From the human T2T-CHM13v2.0 reference genome, Homo sapiens: DNA of 64,000 bases. Location of the stretch: the NCBI RefSeq assembly GCF_009914755.1, contig NC_060926.1. The stretch is one strand, 5' to 3'. Positions 29,283 to 47,353 of the stretch are shown here, piece by piece. The number at the start of each line of letters is the position of its first letter. Within the stretch, counting starts at the first letter, position 1. The translations under genes and the position numbers were made by a program. The notes beneath the pieces were generated by a model, which had not been told where the DNA came from, made no database searches, and saw only the letters and a list, made by a program, of their open reading frames with translations.

Positions 29283-31269
29283 AGAGCCAATGTATTAATA
29301 GCTGGTGACTTCAAGTTAAGCCAATGCATATTTACCATTCTGAAAATAAAAGGATACTTAAGAATTGTGCTAAACCTATTCTGCTGTGCTCTATAAATAA
29401 AACAACAAAGCATGGAAAACAGCCCCTCTGTTTACAGTGTGGCTTAATGAATATTTAAAGCCTACTATTGAGACCTACTGCTCAGAAAAAAAGACTCATT
29501 TTAAACAGTACTGCGCACTGACAATGCATTTAGTCACCCAAGAGCTCTGATATAGCAGAAGTATTAATGTTGTTTTCATGCCTGTGGACAAATAATCCAT
29601 TCTGCAGTCCATGGATCAAGGAGTAATTCTGACTTTCAAGTCTTATTATTGAAGAAACACATTTCCTAAGACTGTAGCTGCCAGAGATTCCTCTGATAAA
29701 TCCAGGCATTCAATTGATAATTTTTTGGAGAAGATTCGTCATTCCAGATGCCATTAAGAACATAACTGATATTATGGAAGGTGGTTAAAATATCATCATT
29801 ACCAGCAATTTGGAAGAAGATTCTGACCCTCATGGATGACTTTGAGGGGTTCAAGATATCAGTAGAGCTAATAACTGCAGATGTGGTAGAAACCGCAAAA
29901 GAAATGGAAATAGAAGTGGAGTCTGAAGATAGGACTGAATTGCTGCAATTTCATGACAAAAGTTAATTAAACAAATGAGTTTGTTTATAGATAAGCCTAG
30001 AAATTAGATTTCTTGAGAGGAGATCTATATGATAAGGATGCTGTGAACATTGTTGAAATAGCAACCAAATGTTTAGAATAGCAGTTGCTGCTCAACTGAT
30101 AAAGCAATAGCAGGATTTGAAAGGACATATCTCAATTTTGAAAGAAGTTCTACTGTATGTACTGTGAGTAAAGTGCTTTCAAACAGTATCGCATACTACA
30201 GAGAAATCTTTCATGAAAGAGTCAATAGATGCAGCAAACTTCATTGTTTTCTTATTTTAAGCAATTGCCACAGCCACTCCATCCTTCAGCAACCACCACT
30301 TTGATCAGTCAGCAGTCATCAACATCAAACCAAGAGCTTCCAGCAGCAAAAATATTTTGACTCACTAGAGGCTCAGATAATCATTAGCATATCTTAGCAA
30401 TAAATTATTTTTAATTAAGGTATACACATTGTGTCTTTTAGACCTAACATTTTTGTACACAGTAGATTACAGGGCAAGATATATATATATATAACTTTTA
30501 TATACACTGGGAAACCAAAACATTTTTGCGATGTGCTTTCTTGCAATATTTGCTTTATTGAGGTGGTCTGCGACCAAACCCACTATATCTTCAAGGTAGG
30601 CCTGTATTATATGGAGTGACAGGAGAGAAAGATAAGTGAGATCTTTTTTCTCAAACTAATTTTCTGTTTTTTATTACATGAAAGGGGATAATGTTTATTC
30701 TTACCTAATTGGATTCTTGTGTAAATTAAAGATTATATATGTGAAGTGTTAAACAGTGAATTCTTATATTACAGTCAGTACATAGCAATGGGATGACTTA
30801 TATCAGGGCAGTCACATCAATACTGCAAGGTTCCTAGAATCAGACGGAACTCCATCTCTACTTTTTGGAAGCTCTGGGGCTAGGAGACAAACCTCAGTGA
30901 ATTTTTTGTTCCTCAATTGTATGAGGAAGAATGAGAAGACTTACTATTTAAGTATGAACACTATATAAGATATATAGTAATAGTTCTGTGAATACTTGCA
31001 CTTATTTTAAAAATGTTTTTATGCAAAGAGGAAGAGAAAGAGGTAAGGAATATCAGGCAAGGGGAAGAAAAGGAACCCCAAGAACAACAATAAAAAAAGC
31101 ATACTGAGCAGGGTGTTGAGAAGACTCGCATCTCAGCAAATCATTTTATATTTGTAGGAGAAACATACTGTCTATAACTCATAGAATATGGTGCCAGATG
31201 ATCAGAGAATTTAAAAGCATCATTAACACTTTAATGTAAATATATAGTTGGCAATGGGACATATCTTCT

Positions 31270-34460
<3,191 letters not shown>

Positions 34461-34470
34461 TGTTCATTAA

Positions 34471-36830
34471 TGATATGGTTTGGCTGTGTCCCCACCCAAA
34501 TCTCACCTTGAATTGTAGTTCCCATAATCCCATGTCATGGGAGGGACCTAGTGGAAGGTAACTGAATCACGGGGGTGCTTACCTCCATGCTGTTCTTGTG
34601 ATAGTGAGTTCTCACAAGATCTAATGGTTTTATAAAGGGCTTTCTCCTCCTTCACTCTGCACTTCTCCTTGCTGCCACCATGTGAAGAAGTACATGTTTG
34701 CTTCCCCTTCCACCATGATTGTAAGTTTCCTGAGGACTCCCCAGCCATGCTAAACTGTGAGTCACTTAAACCTCTTTCCTTTATAAATTATCCAATCTCA
34801 GGTATGTTTTTATTAGCAGCATGAGAATGGACTAATACAGTATTGGTACTGGGAGTGGGGCACTGCTGTAAAGATACCCAAAAATGTGGAAACGACTTTA
34901 AAACTGGGTAACAGGCAGAGGCTGGAAAAGTTTGGAGGGCTCAGAAGAAGACAGGAAAATGTGGGAAAGTTTGGAACTTCATAGATACTTGTTAAATGGC
35001 TTGGACCAAAATACTGGTAGTGATATGGAAAATAAAGTCCAGGCTGAGGTGGTCACATATAGAGATGAGGAACTTTTTGGGAACTGGAGCAAAGGTGACT
35101 CTTTATAATCATGTACTTTAGGAAAGAGACTGGCAGCATTTTGCCTCTGCCCTAGAGATCTGTGGCACTTGGAACATGAGAGAGATGATTTAGGGTATCT
35201 GGTGGAAGTCAGTTCTAAACAGCAAAGCATTCATGATGTGACATGGGTGCTCTTAAAAGCATTCAGTTTTATTCATTCACAAAGAGATGGTTTGAAATTG
35301 GAAATTATGTTTAAAAGGAAAGCAGAGCATAAAAGTTAGGAAAATTTGCAGCCTGAGGATGCGAAAGAAAAGAAAAACCCTTTTTCTGAGGAGAAATTCA
35401 AGTCTGCTGCAGAAATTTGCATAAGTAATGAGAAGCCAAACATATATAATCACCAAGACAATGGGGAAAATGTCTCCAGGACATGTCAGAGGTCTTCCAG
35501 CAGCCCCTCTCATCACAGGCCCAGAGACCTAGGAGGAAATAATGGTTTTGTGGGCATGGCCCAGGGCCTTGGTGTTTTGTCCCATCTCAAGACTTGGTGC
35601 TCTGCGTTCCAGCCATGGCTAAAAGGGACCAAGGTACAGCTAGGGCCATGGCTTCATAAGGTTCCAGCCCCAAACCTTGGCAGCTTCCTCATGGTATTGA
35701 GCCTGTGGATTCACAGATGCCAAGAATTGAGGATTGGGAACCTCTTCCTAGATTTCAAAGGATGTATGGAAATGCCTGGATGTCCAGGCAAAAGTCTGAT
35801 GCAGGGGCAGGGCCCTCATGAAGAACCTCTGCTAGGGTAGTATGGAAACAAAGTGTAGGGTTGGAGCCCCCACACAGAGTTTCCACTGGGACACTGCCTA
35901 GTGGAGCTCTGAGAAGAGGGCCACCTTCCTCCAGTCCCCAGAATGGTAGATCCACTGACAGCTGGCACCATGCACCTGGGAAAGCTGCAGACACTCAACA
36001 CCAGCCTGTGATAGCAGCCAGGAAGAGGGCTGTACCCTGCAAAGCCACAGGGGCAGAGCTGCTGAAGGCCGTGGGTGCCCACCTCTTACATCAGCATGAC
36101 CTGGATGTGAGACATGGAGTCAAAGGAGATCATTTCAGAGCTTTAAGATTGACTGCCCTGTTGGATTTTGGAATTGCATGGGGCCTGGAGCTCCTTTGTT
36201 TTGGTCAATTTCTCCCATTTGGAATGGGTGTATTTACCCAATGCCTGCACCTCCATTGTATCTAGGAAGTAACTAACTTGCTTTTATGTTTACAGGCTAA
36301 TAGGCAGAAGGGACTTTCCTTGTCTCAGATATGACTTTGGACTTGGACTTTTGGGTTAATGCTGGAATGAGCTAAGACTTTGGTGGAGTGTTGGAAAAGC
36401 ATGATTGTGTTTTGCAATGTGAGGACATGAGATGTGGGAGGGGCCAGGGATAGAATGATGTGGTATGGCTCGGTCCCCACCCAATTCTCATCTTGAATTG
36501 TAGTTCTCATAATCCCCACATGTTGTGGAAGGGATCTGGCAGAAGGTAACTGAATCATGAGAGCGGTTACCTCCATTCTGTTCTTGTTACAGTGAGTGAG
36601 TTCTCATGAGATCTGATGGTTTTACATGGGGCATTTCCCCTTTCACTTGGTACTTCTCTATCCTGCCATCATATAAAGAAGGATGTGTTTGCTTCCCCTT
36701 CCACCATCACTGTAAGTTTCTGGAGGCCTCCCCAGCCATGCTGAACTGTGAGTCAATTAAACCTGTTTTCTTTATAAGTTACCCAGTCTCAGGTATGTCT
36801 TCATTAGCAGTGTGAGAATGGAGTAATACA
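34471..36830 (+). mobile_element. Full-length THE1 (THE1C/D-like) MaLR element: LTR 34471-34839, internal region 34840-36455, LTR 36456-36830
   Basis: Two homologous tgat..taataca LTRs around a ~1.6-kb THE1-int, with purine tract gggaggggccaggg before the 3' LTR. Confidence 0.93.
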
Positions 36831-36919
36831 ATAAGTTTTTTGACTATTCATCTATATCTATCAATCTATATATATTGATTTATGTATCTATATTGGGATT
36901 GACATAGATGTGCTCAATT

Positions 36920-39500
36920 TCACTAACCATTTGATGATTTTTTTTTGGTGGCTATCTCAATCAACAATCCCATCAGCAGTACATGAGGTTTCACATTTGC
37001 ACTCAGTCTCTCTAACATCAGATTTTCTGTTGTCTGCCATTCTGATTGCCAAAACAGCCATATCATTCTTTTAATTTGCATTTCTCTGCTTATAAAATAG
37101 TCCAAGAGCCTTATAATATATATTCTGGACATTAAAATTTCTTTTTATAATAATAGCATACTATATCAGTTACTTGCTTTCTAAATGATTTCCTTCACTT
37201 TTCTCTTTGATTTTCAAAAATTCATTACATAATCTAAATATCAATTCAACAGTCATAGGTATAGGGGAAAACATGTGTTTCAATCTGAAGAAAGTACTTT
37301 AACATCATGACTGCTGAATTGTATGACAAGTATATTTAGTCTTGTAAGAAACTGCCAAACCCTTTGTTTTAAGTGGCTGTATCATGTTTCATTCCTATCA
37401 GCAATGAATAAGAATTCCTGTTGTTCCACATTCTCACTAGGGTATAATGCTCCCACGTTATTGTTTTAATATGCAATTTCTTATTTATATATGATGCTGA
37501 GCATTTCTTTATATGCTTATTTGGCATTTGTATATCTTATTTGTTGAAGTGTTTGTTTAGATCATTTGCCCATTTTTTAAATTGGGTTGTTCGCTTTCTT
37601 ATTAAGTTTTAAGAAGTCTTTTATATTTGGGATACAAGTCTCTTATTAGATATACATTTTGAAAAATTTTCTTTCCATCCATAACTTGTCTTTTCATTTA
37701 CTTAAAAGTAACTTCTAAAAGTTTAATAATGTCGAGTTGTATATTTACATCTCTGATCCATATTTAGTTAATTACTGTGGAAACAACCGGATCTCTGTCT
37801 AGCTTCAAATTTTAGCATGAGAATGTTCAATTGTTTCACACCATTTGTTGAAATGGTTGTCCTTTATCCTTTGTATTGCCTTTGCTCCTTTGTCAAAGAT
37901 CAATTGAGTGAATTTGTGTGACTCTATTTCTGGACTCTCTCTTCTGTTCCATTGATCTATTTGTCTATTATTTTATAAATACCATGCTATCTTGATAACT
38001 ATAGCTTTATACTATGTCTTAAAGTCAGGTAGGGTCAGTCCTATATCTTTGTTGTTCTTCAATGTTATTTTTGCTATTTTAGGTCTTTTGCTATTCCCTA
38101 AAAACATCAGAATCAGTTTGTTGATATTCACAAAATAACTTGCAGAGATTTTAATGGGTATTGCATTGAATCCATAAGTCACGTTGGAAAAACCTGGCAA
38201 TCTAATAATACTGAGTTTTTCTATCCATGAATATAAAATATTAACCAATTTATTTATATCTTCTTGATTTCTGTAATCAGATTTTTCTAGATTTCCTCAT
38301 ACAGGGGAAATATATGTGTTATATATTTTGTGATATTTATACTAAGTATTTTATTTTTGTTGCTAATGTAAATATATTGTGTTTTTCGTTTCATTTTACA
38401 TTTTTTCATTGCTGGTTTGTAAGAAAGCAATTTAATTCTGTATATTAACTTTGTATCATGAAACCTTACTATAAACACTTACTAATTCCAGGAATGCTGC
38501 CAATTACTTGAGATTGTCTACATAGACAATAATGTCTTATATGAAGAACACAGTTTTATGTCTTCCATTACAAAATGTATACCTTTTGTTTCCTTTTATT
38601 GTTTTATTGCATTAGCTAAAACTTCTAGTATGCTATTGAATAGGAGTCACGAGGGGGTACAAACTTGCCTTGTTCCTGATAATAAATGGAAAGTGTAATT
38701 GCCCAACATGTTCTTCCTGCTTGCTGCACAGATAAAACCAGTTCATTGACACCACAGTATTGCAGTAGACAGAGTTTAATTATGCAGAGCTAGTCAAGTA
38801 ATAGCTTGGGGTAATCACTCTATGCCTATATATTAGTTCCAACATCTAATTCGTCTTGGGTTTTGTCTTCATTGATTACTTGTCTTTTGTGAATACTCCT
38901 GTCTTTCTGTTTTACATATGTTGAGAAACTTTGGATTGCATCCGGTGCATTGTGTAAAACATGTCTTAGCAATTGAATTCTATTATGTTCTTCCAAAGAG
39001 TATTTTTTTAATGATGAGAAGGGACTCAAAACAGTTTTTGTGTTGTGATTTCTGTTTGTTTTTTCTAAGCTTACCTGTGCTACTTGGAGTCATCTGCAGG
39101 CATTTATGGTTCATGAATTAACCAATACTTTGAGCAAAATTATATCAAGAATTGAGGCTTCCCTTATCTGTCTCTCTTCTTTCTTGGATTTCACTGCCTC
39201 TGTTTATGGTTGCTGTTGCAATGATTTCTACAACCTAGACCTTCTCATCAAACCAATACATTTACTATTGAAATTCTATACCCTGTCCTTAAATTAAAAG
39301 CTGTAAGCATAGGGAAACTCTTTCAGTGCCATTTCCTTCCTAAGAGTATAAGTTCCCTTCTTCCCTAAGTTCCCTTCTTCCCTTCAGTATCTGCCTGCTA
39401 CTCCCAGTGCCTTCTAGTCATCTTTTTAATTCTTTATTTGCTGTTTTTAGTTATAAGGACAAGTTGGTCTGCTAGGGGGTATGTAGCCATATTGGAAATA
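36920..39500 (-). mobile_element. Old L1M, fragmented by internal deletions
   Basis: ORF 38012-38248 (SWIEKLSII..FNAIPIKI..GLTLPDFKT) is L1 ORF2. Boundaries are approximate. Confidence 0.75.
38694..38820 (-). mobile_element. Truncated LTR8-family LTR end inside the L1
   Basis: Similar to 23907-24050 (ttcttcctgc..tgcacag..tattgcagtagacagagtttaatt). Confidence 0.6.
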
Positions 39501-40096
39501 ATACCCTTGGAACACAGTGAACTTCTGAAATTTGATTTTGGATAGGGTAACTGCTGAATTTATAGGACTATGTACATTTATATATGCATGCTGTTATGAT
39601 GTCTTTTATAAGCAAAATAAATCAAGAAATCATTATTATTGGATCCTATACCTCTATTTCTTATTTTCTCTGACTTAATGCTTTGTCTAGAAGTTTCAGT
39701 ATATTGTAAGAAGTAGTGGTAATAATGCACATCCTTTTTTTTTTAGTTGAAATGTTTTGAGATATTTTTTCTTTTAAGTAGGCTGTAAGTAAGATGACTT
39801 GCCACAAAAGTTCTGTAAGGAGGAAAAACAAACTTTTTCCAACTCATACTGAAAAAATTTCAATAAATCTCCAATAGCAACTTATGATGAAAACACTCAA
39901 AACTAAGCAACTTACTTTGTTGAATTTAGCTACCAAAGGGGTATGTGTGTGCATGCACATGTCATCTTACTAGATTTTGTGACATTATATCATGCTAGCA
40001 TTCTAGGAATAAACCATTTTGGAACTTAATAAATTTTAATACACTTTACATTTTTTTCTATTTTTAAATTTTGTATTTTAATACAAATTTAAATTC

Positions 40097-40230
<134 letters not shown>

Positions 40231-42022
40231 AAGCCAATTTTGAATCAATTTCTATGTTTATATACATCCTATTGGTTCTGTTTCTCTGAAGAATCTAGTA
40301 AAACTCTTTTCTGTGTAATGAGTGAGAGAAAGGGATTATATATTTTAGAGTTTGCAAAGACTAATCTATAAAAACATCTCAACCTGGAATTATTTCAGGG
40401 GTTCAGTATTTTATTATCATTCATTTTGTCTTTTGGCTATTACTGTATTTAAATTTTCACATAATATTTTCATTTGGTTATTTCTTTTGACTGCTTACTT
40501 CTTTTTCATAGTCCCAATATTTTTAATTATATGTTTCAGATATTTCTAATGCTTAATTTTGGTTTGGCAAGGGAAGTCTGTCCAATTATTTATACTTTTT
40601 GTCCTATTCTTTTCCTTTCTTCCTTTTCTATTATTATTACTAGTATTATACAAAATTAGAAATCTAAAATTTCCTAATTTTATTCTTTGAGTTAATAGTC
40701 TCTTAGGAATAACAGCTACATTGGCTGGGAATATATAGCCCAGAAAATTGGTACCATCCAGACTCTGAATTACATATTCCAAGATGAATTCAGAAAGTGG
40801 GTGTGGAAAATGTTCCTCAATGTAGAGAAGCTCTTTTGTTACAATCTGAGCACATCGACTCAATCCATTTTCCTGCCTCAACACATACTCAACCAGGAGA
40901 CTTTTTTACTTCGCTGGGCATTGCTCACACCCAGGGAGTTCTCCTCTTGGTTTTAAGCACTGGGACAACTGCGGTCACAGAGAATAAAGACAAGGACAGA
41001 AATCACAAAGACTGACCACTCTATCTCTACCTTTTCTTCTTCTTCATCACAGCCAGTTTAGTAATGCCACACCTTCTCCTCCCTTCTACTTTGCTTGTTA
41101 TTCTTCTTCTTTTTTTTTTTTTTTAAAGTTATAAGTAATGGGACAGGTGGGGAGTGATACCATCAGGCAATTTGGAGAAAAGAAAAAGGGAAAAACAACA
41201 ATGCTCTTCTTCTGTCTGTCCTTGTGCCTCTGGCCTTCTTCTAATCTGACATCAGGACTTGCCACATTGTGCCTCTCTAGGGGCTCCTCTAGGTTTCAGT
41301 GGTCTGAGATCTGTTAACTTATTTCTTGCTTTTGTGGCATCTCCCAGGTTAAGATCTGGGAAAAAAAAGCCAGCTTCCTATGCTCATCCTGTCAGAAGCC
41401 AAGAGTCAAAAATTTTTTTTTTCTGTATCATTTTAATTTAAATGCCCCACTTCTTCCACTGAGGCAATTTAAAAATTAGATATAGAGAATTAGAACAATT
41501 AGAATTAAAAATAAATGTAACTTTTGAAAAGGTACGGGAAGATAAATCCTCCCCATTTTGAGGGAGCTAATAAATATGCCTTAGCACAAAATTTGAATCT
41601 CTATTTTCCATAAGTTAATGAAAGTTGCAAAGCTGGCCCTTATTCATGGACATACACAAATCCATTTGCAGGGACAATTTTTTCCTAGACAGTCTCTGAA
41701 TTTCCATAGCACTTAACTCCTGATTGTAACCACTGGAATAGGTTTTTTCTTCCTGGAGAGTCTAAATATTCTGAGTAGGCCAATCTAAGGTTTCTTATGG
41801 GCTGTCACTGGGTTGAGACATTAACTGGTATTTATTCCAGAATGGAAAGTACTTGTTGTAGACTTTCTAGAATTTTCTGAATCTCTCATTTCTTTCCCCA
41901 CTATTTGCTAATGAATGCTTGGCAATTTATTGTCCAGTAAGAGAAAACTTACATAAAAGCTATTTTCCAAGAATCTACCAACAAATTTAGGAGACCAAAT
42001 TTTAAAAAATGTTTAATGCATA

Positions 42023-42548
42023 TGTAGAAGCCAAAGAAAAACTTTCTTTGCCTTCTGAAGGTTCACTGAAAAATCAGCTCTGTGAACCACAGTGATTACC
42101 CTCACCTCTCAAAGGGGTACAGAAATTTATATAACACCTTGAGATTACAGAAAAAATGGGGACATCACAGCAGGGCCACAAACAGGTTATGGAGATAAAT
42201 CAGGTGATAGTGGCAAGACAGGTTATGGGAAGTGGGGAAAGAGGAGGCTTACGTAGCAAAGGTGCTCTTGATGTATACATGAAACTTCACAGATAGCAGC
42301 CTTCAAAGAAAACAAATAGTAAACGTTTCTTTCAGATCTTTAAACGTACCAGACGCTCAGTAAATCTTTCCTAGATCTAGACAAAGAAAGGCCTGCTGGC
42401 CTCAATGCAGATTCTTTACAGATGCAAATCTCTCCCACAAAAGACAGCTTTGGAGGGCTACTGCTGTTTACTTACTGGCTCTCTGAACAGCCATCTCAAA
42501 ACATGCCAAAGAAGTGTATTTTAAAATGAAATATTCGTATTTCCTTCA
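42023..42548 (-). mobile_element. LTR29/LTR49-like ERV1 solo LTR
   Basis: Reverse complement starts TGAAGGAAAT..TTTTGAGATGGCTGTTCAGAG. Homologous to 47354-48170. Confidence 0.72.
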
Positions 42549-43239
42549 TATATGTTGCATAAACCTGTCATTTTCAAGCTTAAAGTTTCCCCACAAATGT
42601 AGGTGCTCTCAACCTAGGTGTAAAAAGGGGTATACTGTCACCTGCCTGATGATGAAAGTCACAAACGATCTGTTCAAAGAAAAATATAATAATGTGTATT
42701 TTTTTTTTTTATCTTAAGAGCTTAAGTGTCTTTGGGAAATATGTTCTAAATCAAAGAAAATGTAGTTATCCTCACTAAAGTCTAATATGTATGTCTAATC
42801 ACAAAGGAAATACATCAGCTTTTTATCTAACATTGAGCTTTACCCTATATACGTAAAACTATACTATAGAAACTATAAAAACATATGTAGGAAATACACA
42901 TTCCCCTCAGTCCTTAAATGCTCCTGCCTAAGGCACCAAAAAATAATTCACACTGTGAGTTTAGTCAGCGCAGAACACTGGAGCCACTAATGAGCAGAAC
43001 AGCAATCAGTGAATGACTGAAGGCACCACACTTCCAATGCAGCTGAATAAAGGACCTCTGTTTCCTGAGAGAACATGCCATTCAAAAAAATGCACCAAGG
43101 TCCATGTAGTAAAACTCAAAATACAATTCTGTTTTGTTTTTATTTTAAAAAATGATCCAATTCAGAAGCTATCTGGTAAGTGGTAAGGCTAGTGTTTCTA
43201 TAAGAATAGAGAACAGGAGATACCTTAATATTAAGATTT

Positions 43240-43585
<346 letters not shown>

Positions 43586-44045
43586 TTAAGCAACGATCTT
43601 CTTTGCTGTTAGCCTGCCTACAATACTTTCGTAATCCGGAGAAATGTGACTGTCAGCTATTTCCATTCCCCAGCCCTATTTTTCCTCTTACCATGCTATA
43701 CTTCGCATGCCCTCATTACACTTTACTATACTTTACTAAGTTGTCTTAATGTAGTAGACTACAAATTACTTCAAGAAAGGGACCTTATTATTTTCTTCAC
43801 TGTCTACCTGATAGTTTTCACAGTTCCCAGATCATAATAGATGCTTATCAAACGTTTGAAATAAAATAAGGTATAAAAAATGTATGATATACCACAATGT
43901 TAGGTGTACAGAATCTGATAAGTGAAAGTCAAAGACCATGTGAATTATATTTTGCTCCTAACAAAACATGATCCAATCACATGCAAACTCAAAGGAAAAT
44001 ATAAGTTCTTTAAGGTTTATCTCCAGGGCATTTGATGGTCTAGAA

Positions 44046-44354
44046 AAATATTGTCCAATATAAACATCATGGGAACTACGTATGTTATTGTAAGTGTTAT
44101 GGTCACCACATTAACTAAGAAGGAAGAGATGAAATTAATTTTAATAACATATTTTATTAACTCAACATATACAAAATATCATTTGATCAAAAGAAAAATC
44201 TTAATGAGACATTACATATATATATTTTTTTTCATTCTAAGTCTTTGAAATCTGGTGTATATTTTACCCTTAATAGCACATCTCAATTCTGAGAGCAACA
44301 TTTTACATTCTTGAAACCACCTATGACTATTGGCTGCCACGTTGCACTGTGCAG
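44046..44354. mobile_element. MER33-like hAT-Charlie element, followed by a short MER5-like fragment to ~44425
   Basis: 'tgtccaata..gaaattaattttaataa..ctaagtctttgaaatctggtgtatatttta..tagcacatctcaatt'. Confidence 0.7.
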
Positions 44355-44832
44355 GTCTAAAGCAGTGCATTTCACATTTTAATGCGCACAAGACACACTG
44401 GGGATATTACTAAAGTACAGATTCTTTTCAAATATAATTGTTTTTCATCTTTTTTCTCCAAGCACTTTGGAACTTTTGCTCACTGACTAGACCATCTCCA
44501 GTTTCTGGGGGAGGTGAGCATGGCAACTGCAGTCACGTAGTTGGGAGGAGAGGAGCATCTTCTCATGACTTGCCATATGGGAAAAGTGAGATGGAGGGAA
44601 AGAAAAAACATTAAATTAATATATAATGTTGCTGCTGGGTAGCTATGTTAGGGTAAACTGTCACAACAAATATTCCTGAACCTCAATGTCATTAAAATAA
44701 AGGATTCTCTCTCATTCTGCAAATCAGCTAGAACTACCTCACTGAGGCCTAGCAAGTCATGGGGAGATGAGTAACAGAAATAACAATATTTTATCAGTGT
44801 TTTTTGTCATGAGGAAATATTTGTCATTTCTT

Positions 44833-45133
44833 TCTTTTTTTTTTTTTTTCCCCGAGACAGAGTCTTGCTCTGTCACCCAGGCTGGAGTGTAGTGGCAGAA
44901 TATCGGCTGACTGCAACCTCCGCCTCTTGGGTTCAAGTAATTCTCCTGCCTCAGCCTCCCTATTAGCTAGGATTATAGGTGCCTGCCACCATGCTTGGGT
45001 AATTTTTATATTTGTAGTAGAGACAGGGTTTCACCATGTTGGCCAGGCAAGTCTAGAACTCCTGACCTCGTGATCCGCCCACCTCGGCCTCCCAAAGTGC
45101 TGGGATTACAGGCGTGAGCCACCGCATCTGGCC
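44833..45133 (-). mobile_element. AluS (Sg-like)
   Basis: Full dimer with a 17-bp TSD AATATTTGTCATTTCTT at 44816-44832 and 45135-45151. Confidence 0.94.
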
Positions 45134-47353
45134 TAATATTTGTCATTTCTTAAAGGACTGCAACAGCTTTTAGATGAACTGTCTAATTGAGAGTGTTAGA
45201 AATATTTAAATCAAATTTAAACTAGAAAATTGGAAATCATGGCCTTGAGCTGGTGTATTTAATTTTCTTGCTGATTGCTCTGTGTGCCTTTTTGTTGCTT
45301 AGGGTTTTCCAGTTGTCTGAAATATTCGTATTATTCATATTTTGTTGACAAGTAGATGAGTTTAAGAACCTATTTGTCCACAAACCTTTCAGAGAGAATA
45401 CCTTTTAATCGACTATTTTTTCCTCCATCATCATGTTTTAGTTAAACTCTATCTACTACAGACAACTAACGCACAGAGGTTCAAATCAGACCCTCTGGCT
45501 CTCATGGGTATGCTCTTGTCCACCAGTATGTTTTTCCTTGGGAGGTAAAAAAGTATAATAACATAAGTGAAAATAAGGATAAGCTTATCAAAGACATAAA
45601 CAGGACGTTTAGATTGTTGGAACCATTTTCTTTACCATAGATAGCTTTCTATTGTTTTTCTTCTTTAGTTTCTTTCCTCCCAATTCTCTACTAGCTCAAT
45701 ATTCTTAAATCTATCCTTCTTATTCTACAGATCTTGAGTTATTCCACATTTTAAGATGTTACAACCTTTAAGAACTAGATCTTAATTATCTAGATTTATC
45801 CCCACTACTTTAGAATAGGGAGTATGCAATAATAATTTCTTCAAAGATTATTTGTACAAGCCTGACTCTCCACTTAGTACCTCATTGTTTCCTTTGTCTA
45901 GAATGGTTTTCTCCTCTCACAACCATTATTTATTTATGTAATGATCAATCATAAAAGTCCTGATATAGGAAGTTTTTCCTGATCAGACTGATTCAACTCT
46001 TAACCTCTTAAAGCATTTATTGCCTTTTTTTTTGTAGAAATTTACTGTGTGTTATATTATTCTTTTAACTTTTCTCTATATAGGTTTCATGTCACTTTTA
46101 ACTAGATCTGTGAACTCCATGAAGTCAGAAATCATGTCATGAATTTATTTGCATTCTGATTAGTATAGTATCTTGCATATAAGAATTGCCACATAAATGT
46201 TTATTGTTGAAGATATAATAAGAATCATGAGAGAGATTCCAACCCTTCTACTCTCCTGGAATAAGAGTACAAACTTAGAGAAAATATTACTGCTAGAAAT
46301 GAAAAATATAGAAATGATTAATCACATGAACCTCTAAGACTATTGTAAAATCTATTAGCCTGCACTTGAGAGAAGAAATACAGTATAATTTTTTTTCAGT
46401 TTCAAAATCCAGGATATTGAACAATTCTTGTATTCCTACAAGAGAGTGAATAGATGATCAATCAGATTAATAACTCCTAAAGCACAACAAACACATGAGA
46501 ACCTGATCTAAGAAATATTATATAGCCAAAAGCCATTCACAGAATACTATCATTTATTTTTCAGAGGACGGATCCAACATTCAAATGGTCTTGGGTCTGC
46601 ATCTTAGCTCGGCCACTGGATAGCTGTACAACTGTAAGCAATTTATCTACTCTCAGTTAACGCTATTAAAGTGGGATAAATATAATAACTGTTATATCTA
46701 CCTCATAATATAATTTTGAAGATTACATGAGATGATCTAACTGCTGATATTAATTGTCCTCTTGCCAAGGAAATGATCTGAATCTTTATATAGTAAAGAA
46801 ATAAAGGATAGTCCAGAAGCTCTGTCACATAGTCACATCATATGATTTGTGAGGAATGTTGCAAATAATATGTAATAATTACAACATAAAGTATAAGAGA
46901 TTCCTATTGTCTCTGCACCTAAAGTTAATAACAATGATGGATATGAAACTCCATATTCTAAAGAAAATTGTTTGATACTACTAGATGGCAAAGCTGAACT
47001 ATGCTTTTCACTCTCTTCTAGCTTATTTAAAAAACAGGTAAAAATTTATTAGAGAGGGTAGATGTTTTTGGAAGAAATATGGAAGCATGGAGAGAACTGT
47101 GATATTTTCTCTCCCATCCCTATTGAGTAAGGGAGGAGGGGACACTCTCACCTATGCCAAATAAGAAGGGTCCCTAAGAGATCTCCTGGGCATAATTGGG
47201 GAACCTCCCTCCTATTCACCAGCTGCATTCAATGACCTGCAGAAATTCTAGACCAGCCTGTGCTGATACCCAAGTAGTGTGTGATATAATCCTTTGAAAA
47301 GCTTGACAGCAATTCTCTAGAGTTTAGAAAGATTGAGGCTGATGGCTGCCTCT

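Larger units (their letters stand above)
27726..30604 (+). mobile_element. Full-length decayed Tigger1, interrupted by a Y RNA pseudogene and a THE1 LTR
   Basis: Both terminal repeats are present (taggcatacc.. / ..aggtaggcctg followed by TA). Transposase start MASKCSSERK..LNQKLEIIQL and WKKILTLMDDFEGFKISVE. Confidence 0.95.

Noticed and set aside
35346-36265. The 164-aa and 134-aa ORFs
   Set aside because: They lie in the THE1 internal region and are broken remnants of the MaLR ORF.
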